A stretch of DNA of 64,000 bases, from contig CAYTOA010000012.1 of assembly GCA_964439265.1 (NCBI GenBank), positions 11,029-75,028 on the forward strand, in the 5' to 3' direction. Positions 8,981 through 19,760 of this stretch are shown piece after piece. Every line of letters begins with the position of its first letter. Position 1 is the first letter of the stretch. The DNA is from an uncultured Chitinophagaceae bacterium (GTDB lineage Bacteria > Bacteroidota > Ignavibacteria > UBA10030 > UBA8401). The position numbers and the translations under genes were made by a program. The notes below the pieces were generated by a model. The model did not search any database, was not told the DNA's origin, and saw only the letters and a list, made by a program, of their open reading frames with translations.

Positions 8981-10957
8981 ATGCCTACCAACGGCCAACA
9001 GAATACATCGGCGAACATTACTTCCGTTCTCAGAGAGTACAGGGTATTCAAGCCGAACGCTAAGTTCTCAAAATCGGCGGCAATCAAATCGTTCGCGCAG
9101 TACAAGAAAATGTACAACGAATCGATTCATTCGACGGAAAAATTTTGGGCCAAAATGGCCGAAGAGCTTTTCTGGTACAAGAAATGGACGAAAGTTCTCC
9201 GGTGGAAGCTTCCGTTCGCCGAATGGTTCGTCGGGGGCAAATTAAATGTTTCCGCGAATTGCCTAGACCGGCACCTGACGACGTGGAGAAAGAACAAGGC
9301 CGCGATTATCTGGGAGGGAGAGCCGGGAGATACACGGACGCTGACGTACGCCGACCTGCACCGCGAAGTCTGCAAGTGCGCGAATGTATTGAAGAAACTC
9401 GGCGTCGTGAAAGGTGATCGCGTGATCATTTATATGCCCATGATACCCGAACTTCCCGTCGCGATGCTCGCATGCGCCCGCATCGGCGCAACGCACAGCG
9501 TCATCTTCGGAGGATTCAGTGCCGAAGCGCTCAAGGACCGCATCAACGACGCGCAGGCGAAACTTGTCGTCACGGCGGACGGCGGGTATAGAAGAGGAAG
9601 CGTCATTCCGTTGAAGGCGAATATTGATGAAGCGCTGAAGGTTACCCCGACGGTCGAAAGCGTTATCGTCGTCAACAGGGTCGGCCTGGACGTCATCATG
9701 GTTCCCGGTCGCGATCATTGGTGGAATGGATTGATGTCCACCACGCCGGCCGACTGCGAGCCGGAAAAACTGGACTCCGAGCATCCGCTCTATATTCTCT
9801 ATACAAGCGGCACGACCGGCAAACCGAAGGGCGTCGTTCATTCCACGGCGGGATATCTCCTTGGTTGTTACCTGACGATGAAATATGTCTTCGACATCAA
9901 AGATACCGATACCTATTGGTGCACGGCGGATATCGGATGGGTAACGGGGCACAGTTACATCGTTTACGGTCCTTTTTCCACCGGGGCGACGGTGGTGATG
10001 TACGAGGGGGCGCCAAATCACCCGGAACCTGACCGGTTCTGGAGCATTGTCGAGAAATATAAAGTGAATGTCTTTTACACCGCGCCTACCGCGATCAGGG
10101 CGTTCATAAAGTGGGGAGAACAATGGCCGCTCAAACATGACCTGAGTTCGATTCGGCTGCTTGGAACTGTTGGTGAACCGATCAATCCTGAGGCATGGAT
10201 GTGGTACAGCAAAATTATCGGGAAAGGAAAATGCCCGATCGTTGACACGTGGTGGCAGACGGAAACCGGATCGATCATGATCACGCCCATTCCCGGCGCA
10301 ACGCCGACAAAGCCCGGAACCGCTACGCTTCCGTTCTTCGGCATCCAACCGGATGTGGTAAACAAGGAAGGAAAATCGGTTGGGGCGAACCAGGGGGGAT
10401 ATCTTGTCATAAAGAAGCCGTGGCCTTCGATGATGCGGGGGGTATACCGCGATCCTGAGAGATTCAAGAAAACATACTGGAGCGACATCAAGGGAGTTTA
10501 TTTTACCGGAGACGGTGCCCGGCGCGACAAAGACGGCTATTTTTGGATCATGGGGCGGGTTGATGATGTCATCAACGTTTCAGGACACCGGCTTGGCACA
10601 ATGGAAGTAGAAAGCGCGCTAGTGAGCCATCCTTACGTCGCTGAAGCCGCCGTAGTCGGAAAACCTGATGAAATAAAGGGGTCGGCAATTTGCGCCTTCG
10701 TGACGTTGGAAGGGAAGCGTTCACCAACACCCCAATTAAAGGAGGAATTGCGCCTTCATGTTGCGAAAGAAATCGGAGCAATGGCAAAGCCTGACGACAT
10801 CCGTTTCACCGATGCTCTTCCAAAGACGAGAAGCGGAAAGATTATGCGCCGTTTATTGCGAGAGATAGCTTCCGGAGGTGCAACGACCGGAGATACGACG
10901 ACACTCGAAGATTTTTCAGTCTTGGAAAAGCTGCGGCACCACGAAGACGAGGAATAG
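8981..10957 (+). CDS. acs: Acetyl-CoA synthetase (acetate-CoA ligase, AMP-forming)
   Basis: 658 aa. [12 protein letters not shown] (AMP-binding motif), [41 protein letters not shown], ...[11 protein letters not shown]. Confidence 0.95.
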   Translation: MPTNGQQNTSANITSVLREYRVFKPNAKFSKSAAIKSFAQYKKMYNESIHSTEKFWAKMAEELFWYKKWTKVLRWKLPFAEWFVGGKLNVSANCLDRHLTTWRKNKAAIIWEGEPGDTRTLTYADLHREVCKCANVLKKLGVVKGDRVIIYMPMIPELPVAMLACARIGATHSVIFGGFSAEALKDRINDAQAKLVVTADGGYRRGSVIPLKANIDEALKVTPTVESVIVVNRVGLDVIMVPGRDHWWNGLMSTTPADCEPEKLDSEHPLYILYTSGTTGKPKGVVHSTAGYLLGCYLTMKYVFDIKDTDTYWCTADIGWVTGHSYIVYGPFSTGATVVMYEGAPNHPEPDRFWSIVEKYKVNVFYTAPTAIRAFIKWGEQWPLKHDLSSIRLLGTVGEPINPEAWMWYSKIIGKGKCPIVDTWWQTETGSIMITPIPGATPTKPGTATLPFFGIQPDVVNKEGKSVGANQGGYLVIKKPWPSMMRGVYRDPERFKKTYWSDIKGVYFTGDGARRDKDGYFWIMGRVDDVINVSGHRLGTMEVESALVSHPYVAEAAVVGKPDEIKGSAICAFVTLEGKRSPTPQLKEELRLHVAKEIGAMAKPDDIRFTDALPKTRSGKIMRRLLREIASGGATTGDTTTLEDFSVLEKLRHHEDEE

Positions 10958-11213
10958 ATGCGATAGTCGATTGTGTCATCGATTTTGAAAATGATTTCAG
11001 GATACGTTCTTCCGTTCCAAGCGGCCTTGGGTAACAATTGAAAGTTTCATTTTTCCCGATCTCAAAACGTGAACGCAATATCGCCATCGAGCTGAGCGGG
11101 ATCACAACTCTCGTCAGCACGTAAGATTCTACTTGCGCCAATTTGCCGACTTTGCTATATTCAAACGTCCTTCGGTAGCGCAGGAGAAAACAGCTCGTCC
11201 ACCTTCACACCTT

Positions 11214-11723
11214 ATGCCCAAAGTTTATTGCACATCATTCGATTCTAAGATTGGCCACATCTATATCGCGTCCACCGATAATGGAGTGTGCAAAATCAGT
11301 ATACCAAAAGAATCGAAAAAAGACTTCTTCGACTGGCTTTCCATTCATTTCGACGACGACGATGTGGTGGAAAACAAAAGCCGGAATAAAGAAGCGATCG
11401 AACAGTTGAACAGATATTTCAACGGCAAGCTCGCGAAATTTTCTGCCCCCGTCGATCAGATCGGCACAACATTCCAGCTGCGGGTATGGAAAGAGCTGCT
11501 GAGGATCCCCTACGGAACGACGATCACCTACAAACAGCTCGCAAGGAGAGTCGGGGTGCCCCGCGGCTTTCGAGCAGTCGGTACTGCCAACGGAAGCAAT
11601 CCTCTTCCGATTGTTGTTCCTTGTCATCGCGTCGTCGGCCATGACGGATCGCTCGCCGGTTACTCCGCCGGAGTGAAGACCAAAGAATTTCTTCTTCGGC
11701 TCGAAGGCGCAATCATTTTGTAG
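11214..11723 (+). CDS. ogt: Methylated-DNA-protein-cysteine methyltransferase
   Basis: FQLRVWKELLRIPYGTTITYKQLA...NPLPIVVPCHRVVG (PCHR active site). ATG at 11214 chosen over the longer track ORF. Confidence 0.85.
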   Translation: MPKVYCTSFDSKIGHIYIASTDNGVCKISIPKESKKDFFDWLSIHFDDDDVVENKSRNKEAIEQLNRYFNGKLAKFSAPVDQIGTTFQLRVWKELLRIPYGTTITYKQLARRVGVPRGFRAVGTANGSNPLPIVVPCHRVVGHDGSLAGYSAGVKTKEFLLRLEGAIIL

Positions 11724-11845
11724 TTTGTTTTCGATCGTCGTTTCTTCGTTTGTCCGCTTCGTTGGTACCCTCTCCCCCGTTTGCATCCCTACGGTAATTT
11801 GCGTATTTTTTCTCCATACGAATTCCATTTTTTTTCTCCCTTGAC

Positions 11846-14101
11846 ATGAATCTGATAGAACAACTTAATTCTGTACAGAAGCAAGCGGTTTCAGCCACCG
11901 ACGGTCCGGTGATGATCGTCGCCGGAGCGGGGAGCGGGAAGACGAGGGTGCTCACGTACCGTATTGCCCATCTCATTGAGAATGGAGTCAAGCCGTACCA
12001 AATCCTTGCGCTCACGTTCACGAACAAGGCGGCGAAGGAGATGAAGCACCGTATCGAGCAGCTTGTGGGAGAACTGGCTGTGGACGTATGGGCAGGAACT
12101 TTTCATTCCATCTTTGCGCGCATACTGCGGCATGAGTGCGAGGCTATCGGATATCAGAGAAGCTTTACTATCTACGACAGCGATGACAGCCTGGGACTCG
12201 TGAAGAATATTATGTCGTCGCTCAACATCTCTGCGCAGCAATTCAATCCCCGAGGCATTCAATCACGCATCAGCGGCGCCAAGAATCACCTTGTTTCGCC
12301 GGAGCGCTACGAGGAGATCGCGAAAGATCCTTTTGAACAGCGTACGGCGCTCATATTCAAAGAATACCAGGCACGGCTCTTTAAGAACAATGCAATGGAC
12401 TTTGACGATCTTCTGTTGAAGCCGATCGAATTATTTCAGAAGAACGAGAGCATACTTGAAAAGTATCAGTACCGGTTCCGGTATCTTCTTGTGGACGAAT
12501 ACCAGGACACAAACCGGGCTCAGTACGTCTTGATCAATCTTCTCGCGAAACGCTTTAAGAATATTTGCGTTGTCGGCGACGACGCACAGAGTATTTATGC
12601 CTTCCGCGGCGCAGATATCAGGAATATCCTCGATTTTGAACAGGATTACCCAGAAAGCAAAGTCTTCAGGCTGGAACAGAACTACCGGTCGACGAAGACG
12701 ATACTTGCCGCAGCGGATGCTGTCATCAAGAACAACCGAAACCAGATCCATAAAACGTTGTGGACGTCGAACCCTCAAGGCGAATTGATCACTATGATTG
12801 AGGCGGAGGACGACAAGGACGAGGGGATGAAGATCGTTTCCCATATCCAGGAGCAATGCGGCAAACTGAAGCTCGACTTGAAAGATTTCGCCGTTCTTTA
12901 CCGGACGAACGCGCAGTCGCGGTCGCTCGAAGACGGTCTTCGAAGGAACGGCATTCCCTACGTTATCGTCGGCGGCGTGGAATTCTATAAACGGAAGGAA
13001 ATCAAAGACGTTCTCGCGTATCTCCGCGTTATCGTCAACCCGAAAGATGAAGAGAGTCTCCGGAGGATCGTCAACGTTCCGGTTCGCGGAATCGGCGATA
13101 CGACATTTGAAAAGATCCTTCTTCATGCCGAGCACAATCCTGCGGGCCCTCAGGGATTGTTTGACGCTCTGAAAGATGTCAATGCCATTGCCGGGATCGG
13201 CGAACGCCCGAAAAACGCGGTTCTTCAGTTCACTCTCTTCATGCAGAAGTACATTGAACTGAAACTGCAGATGTCTCCCAGCGAACTTGCCCGTGCGCTC
13301 GTTGATGAACTGGGATTCTTGCGGAGTTTGAAAGAGGAGGCGACTCCCGAAGCGCTTGCCCGATGGGAGAATATCCAGGAACTCCTTTCAGCGATCACAG
13401 AGTTCACGTCACAAACTCCGGACGCGACGCTGGAAAGTTTCTTGGAGGAAGTCTCGCTTGTATCACCCGTCGATACGGTGGTTGACCAGCGCAATGCGAT
13501 CACGCTGATGACCCTGCACGCCGCAAAAGGTCTGGAATTCCCGGTCGTCTTTATTGCGGGATTGGAAGAGGGGTTGTTTCCGCTGTACCAGGTCGCTCCC
13601 GAGCCCGATGAGATGGAAGAGGAGCGCCGGCTCTTCTATGTCGGCATTACGCGCGCGATGAAAAAGTTGTACTTCACGCATGCGCGGCTTCGATACCGTT
13701 TCGGCGATGTCACGTATCCTGTTCTTTCCCGATTTGCCGAAGAGATCGAACCGTCGCTTATTCAGCGAGAATTGTCCAGGCAGGCTCAGTTCCCCGCGCA
13801 TCATCGTGGTGGTAATGCTGGACAGGACGGGAGCCATTTTTCATTCAAGGAAGTTCGCACGAAGAAACAACTCGGCTCGCTCCACTCCGGATTTCAGGAA
13901 GAGAGCCAGCCGGATTACGAAAATGAGTCGCAGGAAATGGTGATGCTAAGAGTAGGGGCGAAGGTCGAACACGAATCTTTTGGTACGGGGAAAGTGCTTC
14001 AACTCGCGGGCTCCGGAGAATCGGCAAAGGCGGTCGTGTTGTTCGACAGTGTCGGTGCAAAGAATCTCATGTTGAAGTATGCGAAACTACGCCTGCTCTG
14101 A
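11846..14101 (+). CDS. UvrD/PcrA/Rep-family ATP-dependent DNA helicase
   Basis: 751 aa. AGAGSGKTRVLTYRIAHL (Walker A), LLVDEYQDTN, VGDDAQSIYAFRGA, NYRST, TLHAAKGLEFPVVFI, RRLFYVGITRA. Confidence 0.95.
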   Translation: MNLIEQLNSVQKQAVSATDGPVMIVAGAGSGKTRVLTYRIAHLIENGVKPYQILALTFTNKAAKEMKHRIEQLVGELAVDVWAGTFHSIFARILRHECEAIGYQRSFTIYDSDDSLGLVKNIMSSLNISAQQFNPRGIQSRISGAKNHLVSPERYEEIAKDPFEQRTALIFKEYQARLFKNNAMDFDDLLLKPIELFQKNESILEKYQYRFRYLLVDEYQDTNRAQYVLINLLAKRFKNICVVGDDAQSIYAFRGADIRNILDFEQDYPESKVFRLEQNYRSTKTILAAADAVIKNNRNQIHKTLWTSNPQGELITMIEAEDDKDEGMKIVSHIQEQCGKLKLDLKDFAVLYRTNAQSRSLEDGLRRNGIPYVIVGGVEFYKRKEIKDVLAYLRVIVNPKDEESLRRIVNVPVRGIGDTTFEKILLHAEHNPAGPQGLFDALKDVNAIAGIGERPKNAVLQFTLFMQKYIELKLQMSPSELARALVDELGFLRSLKEEATPEALARWENIQELLSAITEFTSQTPDATLESFLEEVSLVSPVDTVVDQRNAITLMTLHAAKGLEFPVVFIAGLEEGLFPLYQVAPEPDEMEEERRLFYVGITRAMKKLYFTHARLRYRFGDVTYPVLSRFAEEIEPSLIQRELSRQAQFPAHHRGGNAGQDGSHFSFKEVRTKKQLGSLHSGFQEESQPDYENESQEMVMLRVGAKVEHESFGTGKVLQLAGSGESAKAVVLFDSVGAKNLMLKYAKLRLL

Positions 14102-14111
14102 TAGGCGCGCG

Positions 14112-14540
14112 TTAAAGGAGGTCGTCGGTGATCTTAGAGCGGATGATCATCATATTGTTCCAGTAATCGCGATGGATGTAATGCGTGATGATCGCCGTGA
14201 ACTCTGCGATCAACCCCTGGGGTAGAAGGAAACAGACCTGCGACGGTTTTCCGTTTTTAGTGTTCTTGTGGTCGAAAAAAACGTCGTACTGAGTGAGTGA
14301 GTCCTGTGATTCGAGCTCATCGCTTTGTACTTTTACGACACCGATAACAAATCTGTTCTGAATTTCGTCGAAGGCCAGGATATCGGGGCGTCTGTCTTTC
14401 TGGTCGCCGTAGCCGTCATTGTGGAGCGCCTCCGGAGGACGATACCCGGCAACACCCTTCGCTCCGACGATCGTGTACTTTTCGGAAACAAAGTGCTGTA
14501 GCAATTCTTCAATCATTGGCGTCTTGCTGTCCATCATCAT
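14112..14540 (-). CDS. Hypothetical protein (no family recognised)
   Basis: Track ORF 14112-14618. I shortened it to the MMMDSKTP methionines because the 5' end of the long ORF overlaps the repeat element at 14614-14642. No motif recognised; the start is uncertain. Confidence 0.4.
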   Translation of the reverse strand: MMMDSKTPMIEELLQHFVSEKYTIVGAKGVAGYRPPEALHNDGYGDQKDRRPDILAFDEIQNRFVIGVVKVQSDELESQDSLTQYDVFFDHKNTKNGKPSQVCFLLPQGLIAEFTAIITHYIHRDYWNNMMIIRSKITDDLL

Positions 14541-14613
14541 GATCAAAAGTAATTTTTTCGCAGATGAAATGCAAAAGCCGGCAGTGCCTGAATTTATGAT
14601 TCTGTTAAACTCG

Positions 14614-14642
14614 CTCACGCAAAGTCGCTAAGGCGCAAAGAG
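14614..14642. repeat. Half-copy of the CGCAAAG-family intergenic element, copy B
   Basis: CTCACGCAAAGTCGCTAAGGCGCAAAGAG matches the left half of copy C (CTCACGCAAAGCTGCCAAGGCGCAAAA). Confidence 0.55.
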
Positions 14643-14683
14643 AATTGATACGTCTTCCTTATCGACCATTATCCAGAACTCGA

Positions 14684-15439
14684 ATGCCGCTTTCTGAACC
14701 ACATTTTGAACCTCGGTTCTCACTCCTTCCAAAAGTAGGTTCGCTTGCAGCAGTGATCGCCTGTTTTGGTCTTATCGAATGGGCGTCGTCGTTTCATATC
14801 CTCACCCAATCGCTCCCGCTTCCCTCATCGCTTTCGATCCCTCTTGCGTGGCTTTTTGAGCATCAGGTATGGCAATTCGGCATTGGGATCACCGCCATCA
14901 CGATACTCTCACGCGGCCACTTATGGAGCTACGGAATAAACTCATCCGATATCCGACTCTCGATGTCAATTCTGTTAAAATTTTATGCCGTTGCATTGGT
15001 CATTATTCTCGGTCTCGTAGTACTCCCGCTTCTGGTTTCCGGTGGACTGCCGGAGTACTTCATCCGAATGGGAAGAGTCGATATGGCGGTGTGGATCTTA
15101 TATCAGTGGATGGCGACAGCTGTGGCAGACGAGATTTTGTTCCACGGATTATTCCAGACTCTACTGCTAAAATACTGGCAGGAAAAAATAAAGATCCTGT
15201 CTTTTGAAATTCCAGTCGTAGTTCTTATTACGAGTGTTGCGTTCGCGGCCGGGAGGACAAATGTTCCGGTGTACGGCGGGCACTTTATAGAGTATATTCT
15301 GGCACTGGTGATGGGTTTGTATGGGGGAATCGTTTACTACCGCACAAAAAGCCTGCTTACGCCGATGCTCTCACAGGCTTTCTTTTACGGCCTGCCGTTC
15401 GTCATTCGATTTGTCTACCTGGCTTTTATCACAGGGTAG
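14684..15439 (+). CDS. CPBP-family intramembrane glutamic protease (CAAX protease-like)
   Basis: Polytopic membrane protein with the ADEILFHGLFQ (EExxxR-type) motif region. ATG at 14684 preferred over the track's TTG at 14645. Confidence 0.6.
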   Translation: MPLSEPHFEPRFSLLPKVGSLAAVIACFGLIEWASSFHILTQSLPLPSSLSIPLAWLFEHQVWQFGIGITAITILSRGHLWSYGINSSDIRLSMSILLKFYAVALVIILGLVVLPLLVSGGLPEYFIRMGRVDMAVWILYQWMATAVADEILFHGLFQTLLLKYWQEKIKILSFEIPVVVLITSVAFAAGRTNVPVYGGHFIEYILALVMGLYGGIVYYRTKSLLTPMLSQAFFYGLPFVIRFVYLAFITG

Positions 15440-15463
15440 AATTTCATTGAGGGGGTTTTTCCC

Positions 15464-16606
15464 TTACCGGCGGGCGCTGGCTGTGCTGGTGTTGAGAATT
15501 CGTTCGTAATGGCGCTCGTATACTGCTACAATCTGCTCGATATCAAAATTCTCTACCGCTCTCGTGCGGCCCGCCTTTGCGAACATTGCGCGCCGCGTGT
15601 CGTTCTGCAGAAGTTCGATCGCATACTTAGCCATCCGTTCTATGTCTCCGATCTCGGCGATATAGCCTGTCTCTCCGTGCACAACAAGTTCCGGCAATCC
15701 TCCCACGCTCGATGAAATGACCGGAACTTCGCATGCCATTGCTTCCAGTGCAGAAAGCCCGAAGCTTTCAGACTGGCTCGGCATCAGGAACAGGTCGGAG
15801 GCGGAAAGCAGCTCCACGAGTTCCGCCTGTTTTCCCAAGAACTTCACGCTGTCTCCAAGCTGCAGCTCGCGGCAAAGGTTCTCGCAGCTCGACCGGTCCG
15901 GTCCGTCGCCCACGAGAACGAGTTTCGAAGGGATCTTCTTAGCGACGAGGTTGAAGATCCTGATCACATCCGTGACCCGTTTCACAAGACGAAAATTGGA
16001 GACATGGATGAGAATCTTTTCGCCGTTCGGAGCGATGGCTTTTCTGACATTTGTCTCAGCCATTCTTGTAAAAAGCTGTGTATCCACAAAATTTGGAATG
16101 ACTTCGATCTCTTTGTTGATGCCGTAGTTCGTAACGGTTTTCTCTTTCAAGAAACGTGACACCGCCGTAACGCCGTCGCTTTTTTCGATGCTGAATTTCA
16201 TGACCGAGAGGAAACTCGGTTCCAATCCTATCAGCGTGATGTCGGTACCGTGCAATGTTGTGATGACGCGGAAGTGTTCGTCGTTGAGGATCTGCTTCGC
16301 AATGTAGGCACTCGTTGCGTGAGGAATGGCATAGTGCGCATGGATCAAATCGAGCTTCTCGAATTTCGCAACCTCCACCATTTTGCTTGCAAGCGCGGGG
16401 GTATAGAGAGGGAACTCGAATAACGGGTACGTCGCCATCTCTACTTCGTGGTAAAAGATGTTGTTCATGAACCCGTCCAGCCGCATCGGCATCGCGTAAC
16501 TGATGAAATGGATCTGATGTCCGCGTTTTGCGAGCCCTTTACCGAGTTCAGTAGCGACGACTCCGCTGCCGCCGTATGTGGGGTAGCACGTAATTCCGAT
16601 TTTCAT
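15464..16606 (-). CDS. bshA: N-acetyl-alpha-D-glucosaminyl L-malate synthase (GT4), bacillithiol biosynthesis
   Basis: MKIGITCYPTYGGSGVVATELGKGLAKRGHQIHFISY is the characteristic BshA N-terminus. C-terminal GT4 motif SESFGLSALEAMACEVPVISS. ATG at 16606 chosen. Confidence 0.8.
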   Translation of the reverse strand: MKIGITCYPTYGGSGVVATELGKGLAKRGHQIHFISYAMPMRLDGFMNNIFYHEVEMATYPLFEFPLYTPALASKMVEVAKFEKLDLIHAHYAIPHATSAYIAKQILNDEHFRVITTLHGTDITLIGLEPSFLSVMKFSIEKSDGVTAVSRFLKEKTVTNYGINKEIEVIPNFVDTQLFTRMAETNVRKAIAPNGEKILIHVSNFRLVKRVTDVIRIFNLVAKKIPSKLVLVGDGPDRSSCENLCRELQLGDSVKFLGKQAELVELLSASDLFLMPSQSESFGLSALEAMACEVPVISSSVGGLPELVVHGETGYIAEIGDIERMAKYAIELLQNDTRRAMFAKAGRTRAVENFDIEQIVAVYERHYERILNTSTASARR

Positions 16607-16797
16607 AGGGGGGGTCCTTTTGTGATTCAACGTACGGTTAATTCGACTGAATTTCAAGAACAGGAGGAGAGGAGTGGAGGATCGTAATCAACTCCCAATA
16701 GGGCGGATGAAGGGATAATCATGGTTTTCTGATCACAATTGCAAGGCTGGAACTATTTCATTACTTTATCCGGCACAAGTACCATAAGGGAGGACGA

Positions 16798-17883
16798 ATG
16801 AAGCCTTTGCTAATTGTGTTCGTTGTGATTTTTTGTACAACCCCGCTGTATTCGCAAGCGAAAAGGGACGATAAAAAATCTGTCTCCCAAAGTCTCGCTC
16901 CGGCAAAATCCAATGAAGGAGTTCTTTGGGGCCAAGCTTTTGCGGACTATTTGTACAAAGCGCAGGCAACCAATGCCTCGGAAAAGGGGACCAACGGTTT
17001 TGAATTCCGCCGAATTTATCTTGGCTACGATCAGGATATTTCCGAACAATTCACGGCTCGAGTCCTGATCCAGGCAAACAACGAAGACACCGCCCGGTCC
17101 GGCGCAATGGATTTTACCGCACAGGAAGTGTATCTCGAATGGAAAAACCTGGTCCCTCTCTCAAGCATCTATTTCGGTGTTTCTGCGACTCCTTCGATAG
17201 CAATTGCTGAAAAAATTTGGGGATACCGATCTCTCGAAAAAGTGATCCTAGACCGGAACGGACTGGTGGCTATCGACGATATGGGGATCGGAATAAAGGG
17301 AAAATGTGCTGCAGACGGGAGCGTCGGATATGCTCTTATGGCCGCCAACGGTCAAGGTGTCAGGCTTGAGAACGATAAACTGAAGAAGATCTACGGGGAG
17401 TTCTATTTCACACCGATGAAGAATGGAGTAGCCGAAGTGTACTCCGACTTCGAGAACAACTTGGATGCGCAATGGAAGCTCACCGGTAAAGCTCTTCTGG
17501 GATACCAGGTGCCGTCGGTGTCTGCGGGAGTGGAGGGATTCTACCGGACAATTCACAACGGCGTTCTTAATTCTCTGTCTCCGGTTGATTCAAATTTGGC
17601 GGGAGGGTCAGCATACACTTCCTTCCAGTTCGCAGAAAACCTGCGCGGCGTCCTTCGGGGAGACTATTTTGATGCAGATGTTTCGGAAAGAACTGTAGGC
17701 GTACGTGAAATACTAACTGTGGCCGGCGTGGATTATTCGCCGGCGCAGGATGTTCATGTGATTCCCAACGCACTTTACACTCATCGCGTGTATAAGGTCA
17801 GTCCCGCACCCGGACCCGCGCTGGTGGACGATGTCACAATTCGTCTTACGTTCGCGTACTCATTTTCGGCACGCATTCGATGA
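16798..17883 (+). CDS. Putative outer-membrane beta-barrel / porin-like protein
   Basis: 361 aa. Signal peptide MKPLLIVFVVIFCTTPLYSQ, with alternating amphipathic beta-strand-like composition throughout. No specific family recognised. Confidence 0.5.
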   Translation: MKPLLIVFVVIFCTTPLYSQAKRDDKKSVSQSLAPAKSNEGVLWGQAFADYLYKAQATNASEKGTNGFEFRRIYLGYDQDISEQFTARVLIQANNEDTARSGAMDFTAQEVYLEWKNLVPLSSIYFGVSATPSIAIAEKIWGYRSLEKVILDRNGLVAIDDMGIGIKGKCAADGSVGYALMAANGQGVRLENDKLKKIYGEFYFTPMKNGVAEVYSDFENNLDAQWKLTGKALLGYQVPSVSAGVEGFYRTIHNGVLNSLSPVDSNLAGGSAYTSFQFAENLRGVLRGDYFDADVSERTVGVREILTVAGVDYSPAQDVHVIPNALYTHRVYKVSPAPGPALVDDVTIRLTFAYSFSARIR

Positions 17884-18491
17884 GGGATGAATACCAATCT
17901 ATCAAGGTAAACGCGAACGCCTCGTTGAAAGTTGAAGGGTCGAGATTCATCGCCAGTGCCTTTCCTGTTCGAGATCGGGTACACGCGGAGGAGACACTCG
18001 CAAAAGTGCGAAAGGAATACTACGACGCCACACATCATTGTTTCGCTTACGCGATCGGAGCTGAAGGGAAGGAGTTCCGCTACTCCGACGACGGCGAGCC
18101 ATCCGGTACTGCGGGGATCAAGATCCTCTCGGCCATTCAATCGAAAGATCTGTCCGATATTTTGGTCATCGTTACGCGCTATTACGGGGGTACGAAGTTG
18201 GGAACCGGCGGACTCGGGCGCGCATACTTCGAGTCGGCAGCCCGGGCATTGGCAGAAGCGGTTGTGATACCGAAGGTTGTTACCGAGGAACTGCGGATTA
18301 CTTTTCCCTACGATGAGACAAGCAGAGTCATGAACACTCTTTCACACTCCCACACGAAGATCATCGACACGGTCTATGACGACGACGTCACGCTTCAGAT
18401 TTCAGTCAGAAAAAATTCAGTGCGTATGGTGATCGACGAACTTGTTAATGTTACACGCGGAAACCTCGCCGTTAAAAGTCACGGCGGTTAA
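17880..18491 (+). CDS. YigZ / IMPACT-family protein
   Basis: SRFIASAFPV...HHCFAYAIG...YSDDGEPSGTAGIKILSAI...VTRYYGGTKLGTGGL are typical UPF0029/IMPACT motifs. Overlaps the upstream stop by 4 nt. Confidence 0.8.
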   Translation: MRDEYQSIKVNANASLKVEGSRFIASAFPVRDRVHAEETLAKVRKEYYDATHHCFAYAIGAEGKEFRYSDDGEPSGTAGIKILSAIQSKDLSDILVIVTRYYGGTKLGTGGLGRAYFESAARALAEAVVIPKVVTEELRITFPYDETSRVMNTLSHSHTKIIDTVYDDDVTLQISVRKNSVRMVIDELVNVTRGNLAVKSHGG

Positions 18492-18516
18492 TCCTTCAGC
18501 CGCGTTACATTCTCCC

Positions 18517-19725
18517 TTACGCGGGTTTCAAATTTTCGCAAATGGTCATCGTATCGAGCGCGATCATAAGTTCTTCGTTTGTTGGGACGACGTAGACTTT
18601 AACGCGCGATGAAGCCGAATGGATCGGTTTTTCTTTCTCCTTCGACATGTTGCTCTCGTCGTCCAATTGGATGCCGAGAAACTCCAGGTTGCTGCAGCTC
18701 GCCTTACGAACGTCGGGACTATTTTCGCCTATACCCCCCGTAAACACGATCGCATCCGCTCCCCCCATGGCAGCCATATAGGCGCCGATATATTTTTTAA
18801 TCCGATAGTTGAACACATCGAAGGCGTACTGCGCCTTTTTGTTGCCCTCTTTCATCTCTGTGATGATTTCACGCATATCGCTGCTCACACCCGAAATGCC
18901 CATAAGACCGCTGTGTTTATTGAGAAGCGTGTTTGCCTCGGAATAATTCAGTCCTTCCTTTGACATAATGTGAAGAATAATATACGGGTCGATATCTCCG
19001 CTGCGAGTTCCCATCAACAAACCTTCAAGCGGGGTCAGTCCCATCGACGTATCGACGGAGATCCCTTTGTCGACGGCCGCCATGCTGCACCCGTTGCCGA
19101 GGTGGCAGGTGATGAGTTTCAGGGATTTGTATTCCTCTCGCATCAGCTCGGCGGTACGTTGAGCGACAAAAGAATGGCTCGTTCCGTGAAAACCGTAGCG
19201 TCGGATCTTATGCTGCGTGTAGAGGGAATAGGGAATGCCGTACAGGTACGCATGCGGGGGCATCTTTTGATGGAACGCCGTATCGAACACGGCGACCTGC
19301 GGAACGTCCGGCAAATGAACCTGGCATGCGTTGATTCCCCGAAGGTTGTGCGGATTATGAAGCGGCGCAATGTCGATGTTGTCTCTAATTCGCTTGATGA
19401 CGTCGTCGGTGATAAGGACGGAAGCGCTGAATGCTTCACCCCCGTGAACGACGCGGTGTCCGACCGCGCTAATCTGGCTTTTGTCGCTCAACACACCGTG
19501 ATTCTTGCTGAGAAGGACCGCGAGAATGTACTCGATCGCTGCCGTATGGTCCAGGATCTCGCCGGTTATTTTGATCTCATCCCCGTCGGACCGGAGATTG
19601 GTGAGGACCGCGCCGTTCATGCCGATGCGGTCCACGATCCCTTTGGCAAGTGCCTGGCGGGATTCAATTTCAATGAGCTGATATTTTACAGATGAACTGC
19701 CGCAATTGATAATAAGAATATTCAT
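18517..19725 (-). CDS. ackA: Acetate kinase
   Basis: MNILIINCGSSSVKYQL, GHRVVHGG, VFDTAFHQ, RRYGFHGTSH, HLGNGCS, GTRSGDIDP. ATG at 19725 preferred over TTG at 19746. Confidence 0.95.
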   Translation of the reverse strand: MNILIINCGSSSVKYQLIEIESRQALAKGIVDRIGMNGAVLTNLRSDGDEIKITGEILDHTAAIEYILAVLLSKNHGVLSDKSQISAVGHRVVHGGEAFSASVLITDDVIKRIRDNIDIAPLHNPHNLRGINACQVHLPDVPQVAVFDTAFHQKMPPHAYLYGIPYSLYTQHKIRRYGFHGTSHSFVAQRTAELMREEYKSLKLITCHLGNGCSMAAVDKGISVDTSMGLTPLEGLLMGTRSGDIDPYIILHIMSKEGLNYSEANTLLNKHSGLMGISGVSSDMREIITEMKEGNKKAQYAFDVFNYRIKKYIGAYMAAMGGADAIVFTGGIGENSPDVRKASCSNLEFLGIQLDDESNMSKEKEKPIHSASSRVKVYVVPTNEELMIALDTMTICENLKPA

Positions 19726-19760
19726 GATACGTTCAGAGTCGGTCAAAATGTGAGAGATGA

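Noticed and set aside
9263-10348. 361-aa minus-strand ORF
   Set aside because: It lies entirely antisense within acetyl-CoA synthetase. It is Arg/Pro/Asp-rich and low-complexity, which marks a shadow ORF.
12431-13135. 234-aa minus-strand ORF
   Set aside because: It is antisense within the UvrD/PcrA helicase gene and has no motifs.
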